From positions 17,980,001 through 18,044,000 of the forward strand of contig OX597842.1 of NCBI GenBank assembly GCA_951406725.2: 64,000 bases of DNA, in the 5' to 3' direction. The notes beneath the pieces were generated by a model. It worked only from the letters and a program-made list of their open reading frames with translations, searched no databases and had not been told where the DNA came from. The translations under genes were made by a program, and so were the position numbers. Origin of the DNA: Octopus vulgaris. Taxonomy: Eukaryota. Of this stretch, positions 42,787 through 64,000 are shown in pieces (the first letter of the stretch is position 1; every line of letters begins with the position of its first letter).

Positions 42787-43237
42787 TATATATGAAAAAA
42801 CAAGTAAAAAATAGAAAATGCTAAAATAATTTTATAGTGAACATTTCAGTACCGGTTTCGGTCATTTTGAGACCTTTTCAACTGTAACGATTAAATAATT
42901 AAATTTAGAAAAATTAGAAGAAAAGTTTTTTAAAAGAATATTTCTATAGTAGTGTTCAGATTTAAGTGGCATTCTGCCTTTCTCTGACTCCCTTGTTTGC
43001 ACTTGTGTGTTCGAGGTACCTCGAACACACAAGTGCAAACAAGGGAGTCAGAGAAGGGCAGAATGCCACTTAAATCTGAACACTACTATAGAAATATTCT
43101 TTAAAAAAACTTTTCTTCTAATTTTTCTAAATTTAATTATTTAATCGTTACAGTTGAAAAGGTCTCAAAATGACCGAAACCGGTACTGAAATGTTCACTA
43201 TAAAATTATTTTAGCATTTTCTATTTTTTACTTGTTT

Positions 43238-43248
<11 letters not shown>
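42787..43248. repeat. Spacer-less near-perfect palindrome (~230-bp arms, centre 43017/43018)
   Basis: ..GTGTGTTCGAGGT|ACCTCGAACACAC..; arms match with only about 2 mismatches. Confidence 0.95.
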
Positions 43249-43268
<20 letters not shown>

Positions 43269-43437
43269 GGCGCAGGAGTGGCTGTGTGGTAAGTAGCTTG
43301 TTTACCAACCATAAGGTTCCAGGTTCATTCCCACCACCTTGAACCTTGGGCAAGTTACTTCTACTATAGCCTCGGTTCGGCCAAATCCTTGTGAGTTGAT
43401 TTGGTAGACGGAAACTGAAAGAAGCCCGTCGTATATT

Positions 43438-43499
<62 letters not shown>

Positions 43500-46394
43500 C
43501 ATCAAAATAGAAACAAAATTTCTTGTTGCATTAAAATAGAAACGATATTTCTTTCCTGAGAGATCTTACTGCATTCAATCAAGCCCTATGCATAGCACTT
43601 CTGGAAACTCACCTCAACCCTGATATAGAGGACGCAGCAGTACACATACAAAACTACGCCATACTGCGAACAGACAGAAGGGAAATAAGTCATGATGGAG
43701 TTGCTCTATACATCCGAGATGACCTCACACCCCAGGTCTTGATGACATACTCAAATTCGGTATGTGACACATTAATTGTATACATCAGACAACATAATAT
43801 AGTCATATGCAATACATATTGCCCACCGGATGCCCCAAATCACATAGGCAAGTTTGAAGATTGCCTCACAAGAATGAAAGAAATCCTAATGAATCTGGAA
43901 CACCACGTGACCATATTTCTTATGGGCGATTTCAACTTCTCCAACTTCAAATGGCCCGAAGGTCACATACTCTCAGGAATGAATCATTGCAAGCAAGTAC
44001 AGGTGGTGTCCCTGCTCAACCTCACCAATGCCTTATTCATGGAGCAAGTTGTACTCAAGCCAACTAGGGTAAATAACATTCTGGATCTCTGCTTCACGAA
44101 CAATATGGACATCATTCATGATGTGAAAGCAGATTGGAAATCGATCCAAAAAGAGATCCTCAGAGAGAACTGGCCGGAATGTCTATCCACACCAGACATT
44201 GACATGAAACTAAAATGTTTCATGTCTTCTGTGCAAGCCGTATGCCAGAAATATGTCCCAGAGCACAAGGCCAAAACAAATAGGAGCAAGATTCCAAGAG
44301 ACAGGAAGATCCTCATGAGACGACGGACGAAGGTTGCAAATCGTCTCAACCAACATCCCAAAAGTAGCGAAACGTCCCGCCTAAAAACAACACTGATGGA
44401 GATCGAAAAAGGTTGCAACAATCCTATGTGAAGGAGAAAGCAGGCAAAGAAGCCTGGGTTATAAAAAACATTAAATCAAATCCAAAGGCCTTCTTTCATT
44501 ACGAGAAAGAAACAGTCTCAGTGCACTACAAAATAGAACCCCTCCTCCAAAAGGATGGCTCCCTCACAGACAATCCAACTATGATCAGTGAGATGCTGAA
44601 TGACCAGTTCAAAAGTGTCTTTACCACCCCGTTGGAACACAGACAAGTGAACGAACCAGCGGACTTCTTTGCCGCCTCACCTATAACCAGCGAGGCAGTT
44701 ACAATAGTATGTATTGAGATTAGCGAAAAAGATGTCCTACTAGCCATAGATGAAGTGGACACAAACTCAGCTGCTGGTCCAGACGGTTTCCCAGCCATCC
44801 TCCTCAAAGCGTGTAAGCATGCCCTGGCAAAACCCCTCAAGATTCTCTTCCAGAGCTTTCTTGCGAATGGCAAACTGCCAAGCAAGCTGAGGGAAGGAAT
44901 AATATGCCCAATACATAAAGGGGGAAGTAGAGCAGATGCCAAAAACTATAGGCCTATCTCTCTAACTTCACACATCAGCAAAGTCATAGAACGGATAGTC
45001 AGAAAGAAACTAATCGCATTCCTTGAGGAAAATAACTTGCTGAGTAATACCCAGCATGGTTTTCGACCAGGTAGGAGCTGCCTGACCCAGCTCTTACAGC
45101 ATTATGACTGGGTGTTGGGGAGTTACTCAACAAATCAAATGTGGACGTAATCTACCTTGATTTTGCAAAAGCTTTTGACAAGGTGGATCATGGTATGATA
45201 TGCCACAAACTACGTGACCTCGGCATAGCTGGAAAACTTGGAGTGAGGTTGCATGACTTCCTGAAAGATAGGAGTCAGGCAGTAGTGGTTAATGGAGCCG
45301 CCTCTATGAACACACAAATAGTGAGTGGTGTTCCACAGGGCACTCACTTGGGACCACTGCTTTTTATAGTGGCCCTCTCAGATATGCCCTCAAATGCCCG
45401 GATAGCCACTCTGGTAAGTTATGCAGACGATACGAAAGTCTCGCAGAAAATACAGAACCCTAGCGATGTTGCACACCTGCAGCAGGATTTGGACTCAATC
45501 TACAGATGGGCTGAGGATAATAATATGCAGTTTAATGCTGAAAAATTCCAGGCCCTGCGCTACCAGCATCCAAAACTGAATATTAAACTTACAGGATACA
45601 CCGGTCCACAGGGAATTTCAATTCCAGAGCCTAAGTCTGTGAGGGACCTGGATATCGACATGAGTGATGATACCTCTTTCCAAGTGCACATTACCAGGAT
45701 GGCGACAAAGTGCAGACGGCTGGCTGGGTGGATCCTAAGAACATTCAGAACCAGAGATAAGGAAACCATGATGGTCCTCTGACGGACATTTGTCCTCAGT
45801 CGCCTGGATTACTGCTCACAGCTATGGTCATCCACCAGTGTAAAATTAACAGCGGACCTTGAAGCAATCCAGAGAAGATTCACAAAGAAGATCGTCTCTT
45901 TGCAACAGCTCAGCTACTGGGAAAGGTTGAAACAGCTAAGACTCTACTCCCTGGACAGAAGACGGGAGAGGTATGCAGTAATAAATGTCTGGAAGATCCT
46001 GGAATGAATTGTGCCAAATGTTGGCATTGTAAGCTACACCAATGCTAGAATGGGACGACACTGCATAGTGCAAAAGATCCCAGCAATGCCATCACGCTTC
46101 AGGACCAGCTTCTGCAACAGCCTGGGTTTCAAGGGCCCATAGCTTTTTAATATTCTCCCAAAGAGTCTGAGGAACTTGCACAAAGTAGATGTATCGGTTT
46201 TTAAATCAAAGCTGGACATCTTCCTGTCAAGAGTCCCAGATGAACCTACCTCACGGCAAGAGGTGCAAATGAGAGTAGCTGTATCAAACTCCATTCTTCA
46301 CCAAGTGCCACATATTAGACGAGGTTCGTCGTAATAACAGTGTAGCACATAACGGCGGTGCATCAGCATGGCCGCAGCTCTGAGCTGAAACTAG

Positions 46395-46395
<1 letters not shown>
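43500..46395 (+). mobile_element. Defective LINE (CR1/L2/Jockey-group) ORF2: APE endonuclease + reverse transcriptase
   Basis: MGDFNF, NILDLCFTN (APE); AGPDG, NYRPISLTS, QHGFRPGRSC, YLDFAKAFDKVDH, GVPQG, YADD (RT); frameshifts and stops. Confidence 0.93.
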
Positions 46396-46466
<71 letters not shown>

Positions 46467-46940
46467 GTATGTATGTGTATATGTTTTTGTGTCTGTGTTT
46501 GTCCCCCCAACATCGCTTGACAACCGATGCTGGTGTGTTTACATCCCCGTCACTTAGCGGTTCGGCAAAAGAGTCCGATAGAATAAGTACTGGGCTTGCA
46601 AAGAATAAGTCCCGGGGCCGATTTGCTTGACTAAAGGCGGTGCTCCAGCATGGCCGCAGTCAAATTACTGAAACAAGTAAAAGAGATAAAAGAAAATAGA
46701 GAGAAAGTTCTAAGCGTGTAATTCAGAAACGCAGTCACACAGGGGGAAGGCCCTATGTCTGTGAAATATGAGGGACTTCATTTATCACAAGAAGTCATTT
46801 AAAATCTCACAAACAGACCCACACAGGAGGGAGACCATTTTGTTGTGAGATTTGCGGGAAATCTTTCTCTCAAACTTCCAGCCTTTCATTTCACCGAAAA
46901 TTACAGACCGGAGAAAAGCCGGGAAATATGCTGGAAATCA

Positions 46941-48185
46941 TACTCTTTGACTCTTTTACCTGTTTCAGTCATTTGACTGTGGCCATGCTGGAGCACCACC
47001 TTTAGTCGAGCAAATCGACCCCAGGACTTATTCTTTGTAAGCCCAGTACTTATTCTATAGGTCTCTTTTGCCGAACCGCTAAGTTTACTCTTTTACTTGT
47101 TTCAGTCATTTGACTGCGGCCATGCTGGAGCACCGCCTTTAGTCGAGCAAATCGACCCCGGGACTTATTCTTTGTAAGCCTAGTACTTATTCTATAGGTC
47201 TCTTTTGCCGAACCGCTAAGTTTACTCTTTTACTTGTTTCAGTCATTTGACTGCGGCCATGCTGGAGCACCGCCTTTAGTCGAGCAAATCGACCCGGGAC
47301 TTATTCTTTTGTAAGCCTAGTACTTATTCTATCGGTCTCTTTTGCCGAACCGCTAAGTTTACTCTTATACTTGTTTCAGTCATTTGACTGCGGCCATGCT
47401 GGAGCACCGCCTTTAGTCGGGCAAATCGACCCCGGGACTTATTCTTTGTAAGCCTAGTACTTATTCTATAGGTCTCTTTTGCCGAACCGCTAAGTTTACT
47501 CTTTTACTTGTTTCAGTCATTTGACTGCGGCCATGCTGGAGCACCGCCTTTAGTCGAGCAAATCGACCCCGGGACTTATTCTTTTGTAAGCCTAGTACTT
47601 ATTCTATCGGTCTCTTTTGCCGAACCGCTAAGTTTACTCTTATACTTGTTTCAGTCATTTGACTGCGGCCATGCTGGAGCACCGCCTTTAGTCGGGCAAA
47701 TCGACCCCCAGGACTTATTCTTTGGAAGCCCAGTACTTATTCTATCGGTCTCTTTTGCCGAACCGCTAAGTTTACTCTTTTACTTGTTTCAGTCATTTGA
47801 CTGCGGCCATGCTGGAGCACCGCCTTTAGTCGGGCAAATCGACCCCCAGGACTTATTCTTTGGAAGCCCAGTACTTTTTCTATAGGTCTCTTTTGCCGAA
47901 CCGCTAAGTTTACTCTTTTACTTGTTTCAGTCATTTGACTGCGGCCATGCTGGAGCACCGCCTTTAGTCGGGCAAATCGACCCCCAGGACTTATTCTTTG
48001 GAAGCCTACTACTTTTTCTATAGGTCTCTTTTGCCGAACCGCTAAGTTTACTCTTATACTTGTTTCAGTCATTTGACTGCGGCCATGCTGGAGCACTGCC
48101 TTTAGTCGAGCAACTCGACCCCCAGGACTTATTCTTTGGAAGCCTAGTACTTATTCTATAGGTCTCTTTTGCCGAAACGCTAAGT
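46941..48185 (-). repeat. Tandem array of 9 x ~138-bp SINE 3' tail units
   Basis: TTTACTCTTTTACTTGTTTCAGTCATTTGACTGCGGCCATGCTGGAGCACC..GCCGAACCGCTAAG repeated; the last unit continues into a full SINE. Confidence 0.95.
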
Positions 48186-48272
48186 TATGGAAGACGTAAA
48201 CACACCAGCATCGGTTGTCAAGCGATGTTGGGGGGACAAACACAGACACACAAACACACACACACACGCACG

Positions 48273-48303
<31 letters not shown>

Positions 48304-50275
48304 ACACATATATATATATATACATATATACGACGAGCTTCTTTAAGTTTCCGTCTACCAAATCCACTCACAAGGTTTTGGTCGGCCCGAGGCCATAATA
48401 GAAGACACTTGCCCAATGTGCCACGCAGTGGGACTGAACCTGGAACCATGTGGTTGGTAAGCAAGCTACTTACCACAATCACACCTGCGCCTATATATAT
48501 ATATACACACACATATATATACATGATGGGCTTCTTTCAGTTTTCGTCTACCAAATCCAACCATAAGGCTTTGGTCGGCCCGAGGCTATAGTAGAAGACA
48601 CTTGCCCAAGATGCCATGCAGTGGGAATGAACCTGGAACGTTGTGGTTGGTAAGCAAGCTACTTATCTCACAGCCACTCCTGCGCCTATAAAAATTCTTT
48701 ATGTAAGTTGAAAATTCTTATCTTGTAATTCACAAAAGAGCACACACAAAAGGGAGACCATTTTGTTGTGAGATATGCGGGAAATTATTCATGAAAAACA
48801 GTACTTTAGCCATTCACAGACAAAGACACATCAGAGAGATGCTTTTAAATTGAAACATCTTCTGATGAAGGACCCTTTTACCTTCCACTTTCCTCCTGCA
48901 CTCTCTCGTTTTCTCAACAAACTAACTTGAAATTTTGATGGAAGGTTTATTTTTGAACCCTTTTTTTTACCATATTTCTGTTGCCTTTTCTTTCAATTAA
49001 TTTTGAAAAAATTGAAGATTTCAATAAAATAACTTTCTTAATTATGAAGTTGATGTGTGGAGCATAAAATAATATGAAATTTTAAGGGAATGTTTTCATT
49101 TAGATCACTTTAACCCTTTCGTTACCATATTCTGTTGAAGAACACTGTCTTTGTTTAAATTAATTTTGAAAATAAGGTATAAGTTAGTAAAATAACTTTG
49201 TCCCTATTCAGATGGTGTTTGGAACATAAATTAACATATATTAAACATGGATTCGTTTGTTTAAATTATCATCAGAAATAAAGTATTTCCCACAAATTTC
49301 ACAAAGACAAGGGAGTTCTCTGGTGTGAGTTCTTTTGTGAATAACAAGATTTGATTTCCGAGTAAAGGATTTCTCACAACAGAACGTAACGGCAGACGTA
49401 ATACGGGTACGCATTTCGCCCTGCGTGCAAATGTTTCTGCCAGCTCGCCGATTTTAGCGGACGAAATACCAATTTCTTCACTACCCAAAAAGGGCTGAAC
49501 ACAGAGGGGACAAACAAAAACAGACAAAGGGACTAAGTCGATTATATCGATCCCAGTGCGTTACTGGTACTTAATTTATCGACCCCGAAAGGATGAAAGG
49601 CAAAGCCGACCTCGGCGGAATTTGAACATAGAACATAGCATCAGACGAAATACCTATTTCTTCACTACCCAAAAGGGGCTAAACACAGAGGGGACAAACA
49701 AGGACAGACAAAGGGATTAAGTCGATTATATCGATCCCAGTGCGTAACTGGTACTTAATTTATCGACCCCGAAAGGATGAAAGGCAAAGCCGACCTCGGC
49801 AGAATTTGAACTCAGAACGTAGCCACAGATGAAATATCGCAAAGTATTTCGCCCTGAGTGCTAACGATTCAACCAGCTCACACAGAGAGAGGGTGGGTTG
49901 AATGGTTTTATGGATCTCAATTCTTAAAATGTTTGTAGAAGTTCTTTTAATCGTTGGTTCGGTCAGTTGCTAAATAAGATTCCTTAAGGTTATGTCACCC
50001 CTTTAACATTAATGTTGTGTGTTGTAGCTGATAGAGAGAAGAGAAGTGTTTCAGAAATATGACAGACGAGGCTTTTTCTCAGATTAAAATGTTTTATTTA
50101 AGAACAATAAAATAAATAAATGAGTCACAGAGGAAAAATTACAACAGCAAAGAAACAACATAGAATAATCACTCTTTGAATATTACATTGGGAAAGCTAA
50201 TACATAAACTTGTCTTTGTGTGCAACAGAATATTTCAGAAAATATATTAAGCATAAGAAGGGAAAAAAGATGCGA

Positions 50276-50317
<42 letters not shown>

Positions 50318-50613
50318 TAAAATCAAAATGAGGAGGAAATATTGGATGTTAATTTGATAACATCAGTTTTACCACCAGTGGTCGAGCGTATAAAAAACTA
50401 AGATTCGGTAATTAGTATTTCATACATATATATATATATAACAGTTATCGCCATACTAATATGGCATTCTTATAAAAATAAGAAAAAAGCTGTCCGCTTA
50501 TTAGCTCCATGAGGCCATCGCCTTAAGTTAGCTATTTGATACACAAACTGTATTATTTTCCGGGAACGCTGCCGCTGTTCTCTTTTAGAGAGACTTAGTT
50601 ATTTTAATATTTC

Positions 50614-50723
<110 letters not shown>

Positions 50724-50886
50724 ATGTGTGTATGAGTATGTGTGTGTGTATGTGTGTATATATATATGTGTGTGTGTATGTGTGTGTATGTATATATATA
50801 TATATGTATATATATATATACATATATATGTATATGTGTATATATATACATATATATATATATATATGTATGTATGTATATATATA

Positions 50887-50976
<90 letters not shown>

Positions 50977-51391
50977 CGTATGTATATATATATATACATG
51001 TGTGTGATAAATGTCTTGCATTTCCGAGTTTTAAAAACGGTGTATGCTGGTGAAAGATAAACTTTGAAATAAGGAATTTAACGATACATCAGTTATTAAA
51101 TTGTAAAAGGTGCGAGTGAGTCAGCATAGGGATCAGTCAAAAACACTACAACGGACAGGTCACTTATTAGATTCTGACCGTGTGAGAAGGTTTTTATCGT
51201 ACCCTAACGAGTTAGAAATAAATACTTGTAATAATATATTAGTGTAAGTTTAAAGGATAATTCCATCCCAGCAAATTGTTATTTTTTTTTTACATGTATT
51301 ACCATGTACCAAAATATTTCAATTCAATTCCGATAAAGTAGTGTCAACAATCGTGAAGAATATGTGCAAAAAAGAAAGGTTCTGCAATCTA

Positions 51392-51452
<61 letters not shown>

Positions 51453-51467
51453 ATCTATACATACATA

Positions 51468-51517
<50 letters not shown>

Positions 51518-52227
51518 ACATATATATATACACACACATATATACATATACTTACACACACATATATATATATATAGACATATATATATACATACACACA
51601 CACACACATATATAAATATATATATATATACAATGATTATTAGATAGCAGAACCTATATATATATACATATATATATACAATTTAAAAATAGGATAAAAT
51701 CTTTATAAGAATTTATTAAGTAGTTAGTGTGAAAAACCTCATAAGAGAAAAATCCATCAATTTTTTTCTTAATTAAATTCATTTATATTGAGGGCATTAC
51801 TAGATATAAATGCCACACGCTTGGAGGGACTACTAAAGTCAAAACTACCGAAATAAATAAAGACATTTAATTTGGTAATTTTTACTTTAAGAGTCCTTCC
51901 TGACGTGTGGCATTTATGTATAATAATGCCCTCAATATATATATGAATATAAATACAAATATAAATATAAATATAAATATAAATATAAATAAATAACTAT
52001 ATAAATATATTCAAAATGTAACCACGTGTGAATCGTTGGCGATTTTCTTCCTCCGTCTCTTTTTCCATTCGAGTTTCCTCTGTTTCTGAAGAAGGAAGAG
52101 CGTTGCTCGAAACGTTAAACCATCTTCCTTTCTTCCCTGAGCGTCTGCTAATACTTTACATGAACCACGTCCTCGCGTTGTTTCTTTTTGTATTTTTTGT
52201 GTTTGTTCTTCTTTTGGGGATTTACCA

Positions 52228-52285
<58 letters not shown>

Positions 52286-53047
52286 TGTATGTATGTATGT
52301 ATGTATGTATGTATAATTATCACGAGATGATATTCATAAAATAAAAGTGAGTTCAATAGTGTAAGTTTTGGTGAACTTTGTGTTTTTTGTTTTGCTTTTC
52401 GTCTACATTTACTGTTTATTTTACATGTATTTGGCATATCTACTCCAAGTTTGGGGAGAGTCATTTTCTTTTTGTGCCTTTTTATGTAACACACTCACCG
52501 GTAAAATATCCACTTATTTCTTATTTTTATTTTCCTAAAATTTTCGTTGCGTCTTGCAACCTTTTCAATAGTCTTGACTCTGTCCGTTATTTACACTGCG
52601 TTCCCTTTTGTTTGTTTGTGCTCATGTGTGTGGGGCAGTGTGTGTGTGTGAGTGTGTGTAAGTCAGTGTGTGTCTGTGCCTATACATGCATGCGTGTATA
52701 AACAGACACATATGGAGACACGATCCACACATATAAAGATGCACATCCATACATGCAATCATGGTACGTAGTTGCATCACACACACACACACAGACATGC
52801 ACACACAAGGAGACAGAGGTGCATACATATACAAACACACGCTTACACACACACATACATAGGAAATACACACACACGGACATGCAAGCACATAAATATG
52901 CAGGATACATACATACAGATACATACACATACATACATATATACATATGCACACACAAACATATATACATACATTCAAACACACACAGACATACATACAT
53001 ATATACATACATACATGCATACATACATACATACATACATACATACA

Positions 53048-53079
<32 letters not shown>

Positions 53080-54334
53080 CATACATACACACACTGCCCC
53101 ACACACATGAGCACAAACAAACAAAAGGGCAGGCAGTGTAAATAACGGACAGAGTCAAGACTATTGAAAAGGTTGCAAGACGCAACGAAAATTTTAGGAA
53201 GGAAAATAAAAATAAGAAAAAAGTGGAAATTTTCCCGGTGAGTGTGTTATAAGGCACAAAAAGAAAATGACTCTCCGCAGACACAACAGAACATGCTTCA
53301 ACACACGAACTCATATAAAGAATCTTGCAAACCAAATCCAAAAACGAAATACTCCAAGTTTGTTTAGAAAAATCTTGCTTGTGTCTTACACTTTTTTTCG
53401 TAATTTATTGCCTTCACAGTGTTTACCGTTTTAAAAGATTAAATTAGAAAATTGGACGAAACAGAAAACACAAATGAAAAAATTGAAAATAAAAAAGAGA
53501 GAAGAAAAAAGAGAAAAAAGCAAAATAATTCACCACTTTAGGCTATTGGGGCACGCCAGTATGCTTGCCGCGTTGCCATGGGTGATGGCGAGGCTGAGGC
53601 ACTGGAACAGCCAAGCGCCGCCACGAGCCTCGCCAGTTGCCTCTGCTGGGCGAATTGCCAGTGAGTTGCCAGAGAAGACAGGAAACTCGCAGTTGGTGGA
53701 CCGACTCCACCAAACGTCTGGAATGCCACCGGATGGAAAAAATGTAGATGGCCGACTGATCGCGAGTTTCCTGTCTTCAATGGCAACTCATTAGCAATTC
53801 GCGTACATTTTTCTCACATCTGGATTTTATTAATTATTACCAATGTCTTAAAATTTTGAAATATTTTTTCTTTAACCGTTCTTCTCTCACAGAACTTGTG
53901 TCTTTTCTCTTTCATGCTTATTTCAGCACAAACCTTCCGTCCGCCTGAAACCGTTTCACACTCGTATACTTTCCCACACATCCATCACTCCCTCCTCATT
54001 CCTCTCCCCTTTTCATCTCCTTCTCACTCGTGCACACTTCTACCTCCTCATCCACACTTTCTTCTCACACTCTTAACGACAACTCACACACACACAGACA
54101 CCATCATCTCGCATACCCAACGTATCTACGCCACCAAAGTTCTGAATTTGATCACTTCTAGACACATGCATATCCCAAGTAACCGTACACACACACACAC
54201 ACACACACACCTTCCTATATGTCCATTTTCAGATGAGGTTCCATTTCTATACTTGCAGACAGACACCCATCCCTCTTCCCTTATTAACTCCATCCTCATT
54301 GAACTGCATTTCATCCGGTTCCTAACACTTTGTC

Positions 54335-54404
<70 letters not shown>

Positions 54405-54686
54405 TTCTTCTTTCTAACTCCTATAAGCCTTTCCTTTCCTTCAGATGAAGGCCTCACCTCTGAAATCTTGAGTTTTTCTCTTCTATTAAAGCATTAAGCT
54501 AACAGAGTATCTGTTGAACGCTGTCCTGTCTATGATATCCTTTATTATTATTCAAAGCATTTACACTGTACATCAATGTCTGTCTGTCCGTGTGTATGTA
54601 TGTATGTATGTATGTATGTATGTATGTATGTATGTATGTATGTATGTATGTATGTATGTATGTATGTATGTATGTATGTATGTATG

Positions 54687-54718
<32 letters not shown>

Positions 54719-54772
54719 TGTGTGTGTGTATGTATGTATTTATGTATGTTTGTATGTATTTATGTATGTATG

Positions 54773-54805
<33 letters not shown>

Positions 54806-54862
54806 GTCTCTGCGTCTATCTATTTATCTATCTATCTATCTATCTATCTATCTGTCTGTCTT

Positions 54863-54902
<40 letters not shown>

Positions 54903-54920
54903 TCTATATGTCTGTCTGTG

Positions 54921-55034
<114 letters not shown>

Positions 55035-55058
55035 TCTGTCTGTCTATCTATCTATCTA

Positions 55059-55091
<33 letters not shown>

Positions 55092-55108
55092 GTCTATCTA
55101 TCTATCTA

Positions 55109-63602
<8,494 letters not shown>

Positions 63603-64000
63603 CTAAGTATACAAACAAGATGTTAACCCTTAAACGGCGGGAAAGTGTTGCAGGAATGTCTGTGACAAACGGACAATAATCGAAATAATCTCTTTTTCAT
63701 AAAGCTAATTTTTATATTCATTTTCATTAAATTAAGCACAAAAACTAAAATAATTGTTGGTCTTAAACAAATGGAGAAGAATCGGTGCACTTTTTCCATC
63801 CAGAGCTAGTTGAAGCATTATTTTTTCTGTATTATCTAAAACATCATTTTCAACATCATCTGAGTCATTTGATACATAACATACATACCTACTTACAGAC
63901 AAAAATACCCTGTTGTTGATGTTGCAATTCCAGTGAAAGAGCCTGGATTTAGGTTAGAAACCGGTTCGTTCTCTATTGGCAAGAAATCCTGAAATAAACT

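Larger units (their letters stand above)
41823..48853 (+). pseudogene. Fragmented C2H2 zinc-finger pseudogene (pieces ~41823-42100, 46710-46940, 48700-48853); further finger fragments at 41200-41330(+) and 49257-49382(-)
   Basis: [63 protein letters not shown]; in-frame stops; interrupted by SINEs and a LINE. Confidence 0.88.

Overview
AT-rich, microsatellite- and SINE-dense animal DNA, most likely an octopus/cephalopod genome (inferred from the SINE families, C2H2 zinc-finger debris and huge (TA)n/(TATG)n/(TAGA)n tracts). Almost all ORFs in the supplied track are microsatellite or transposon artefacts. Reading splice sites by hand reveals three paralogs of a six-exon gene for a ~245-aa secreted protein: signal peptide, Cys-rich PAN/Apple-like domain, then a ~135-aa C-terminal domain I cannot name. 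They are arranged A(-) head-to-head B(+) tail-to-tail C(-). B is complete (16087-34796); A and C run off the window ends. The genes sit in two large inverted repeats. An ~8-kb palindrome (8.6-16.7 kb) carries the duplicated first exon and putative promoter of A and B. A >=40-kb palindrome (24.2-41.8 kb vs 48.8-64 kb) has genes B and C as its arms, and its spacer is a transposon-riddled C2H2-ZNF pseudogene. Between B and C, introns look roughly 90-95% identical by eye, yet exons 3-5 differ at 38 amino-acid-changing codons against only 4 synonymous-only codons, a strong hint of diversifying selection. Also present: mariner, Tc1, LINE, RTE, Penelope, Helitron and piggyBac-like remnants, a near-perfect 460-bp hairpin, hammerhead-like motifs and tandem arrays.
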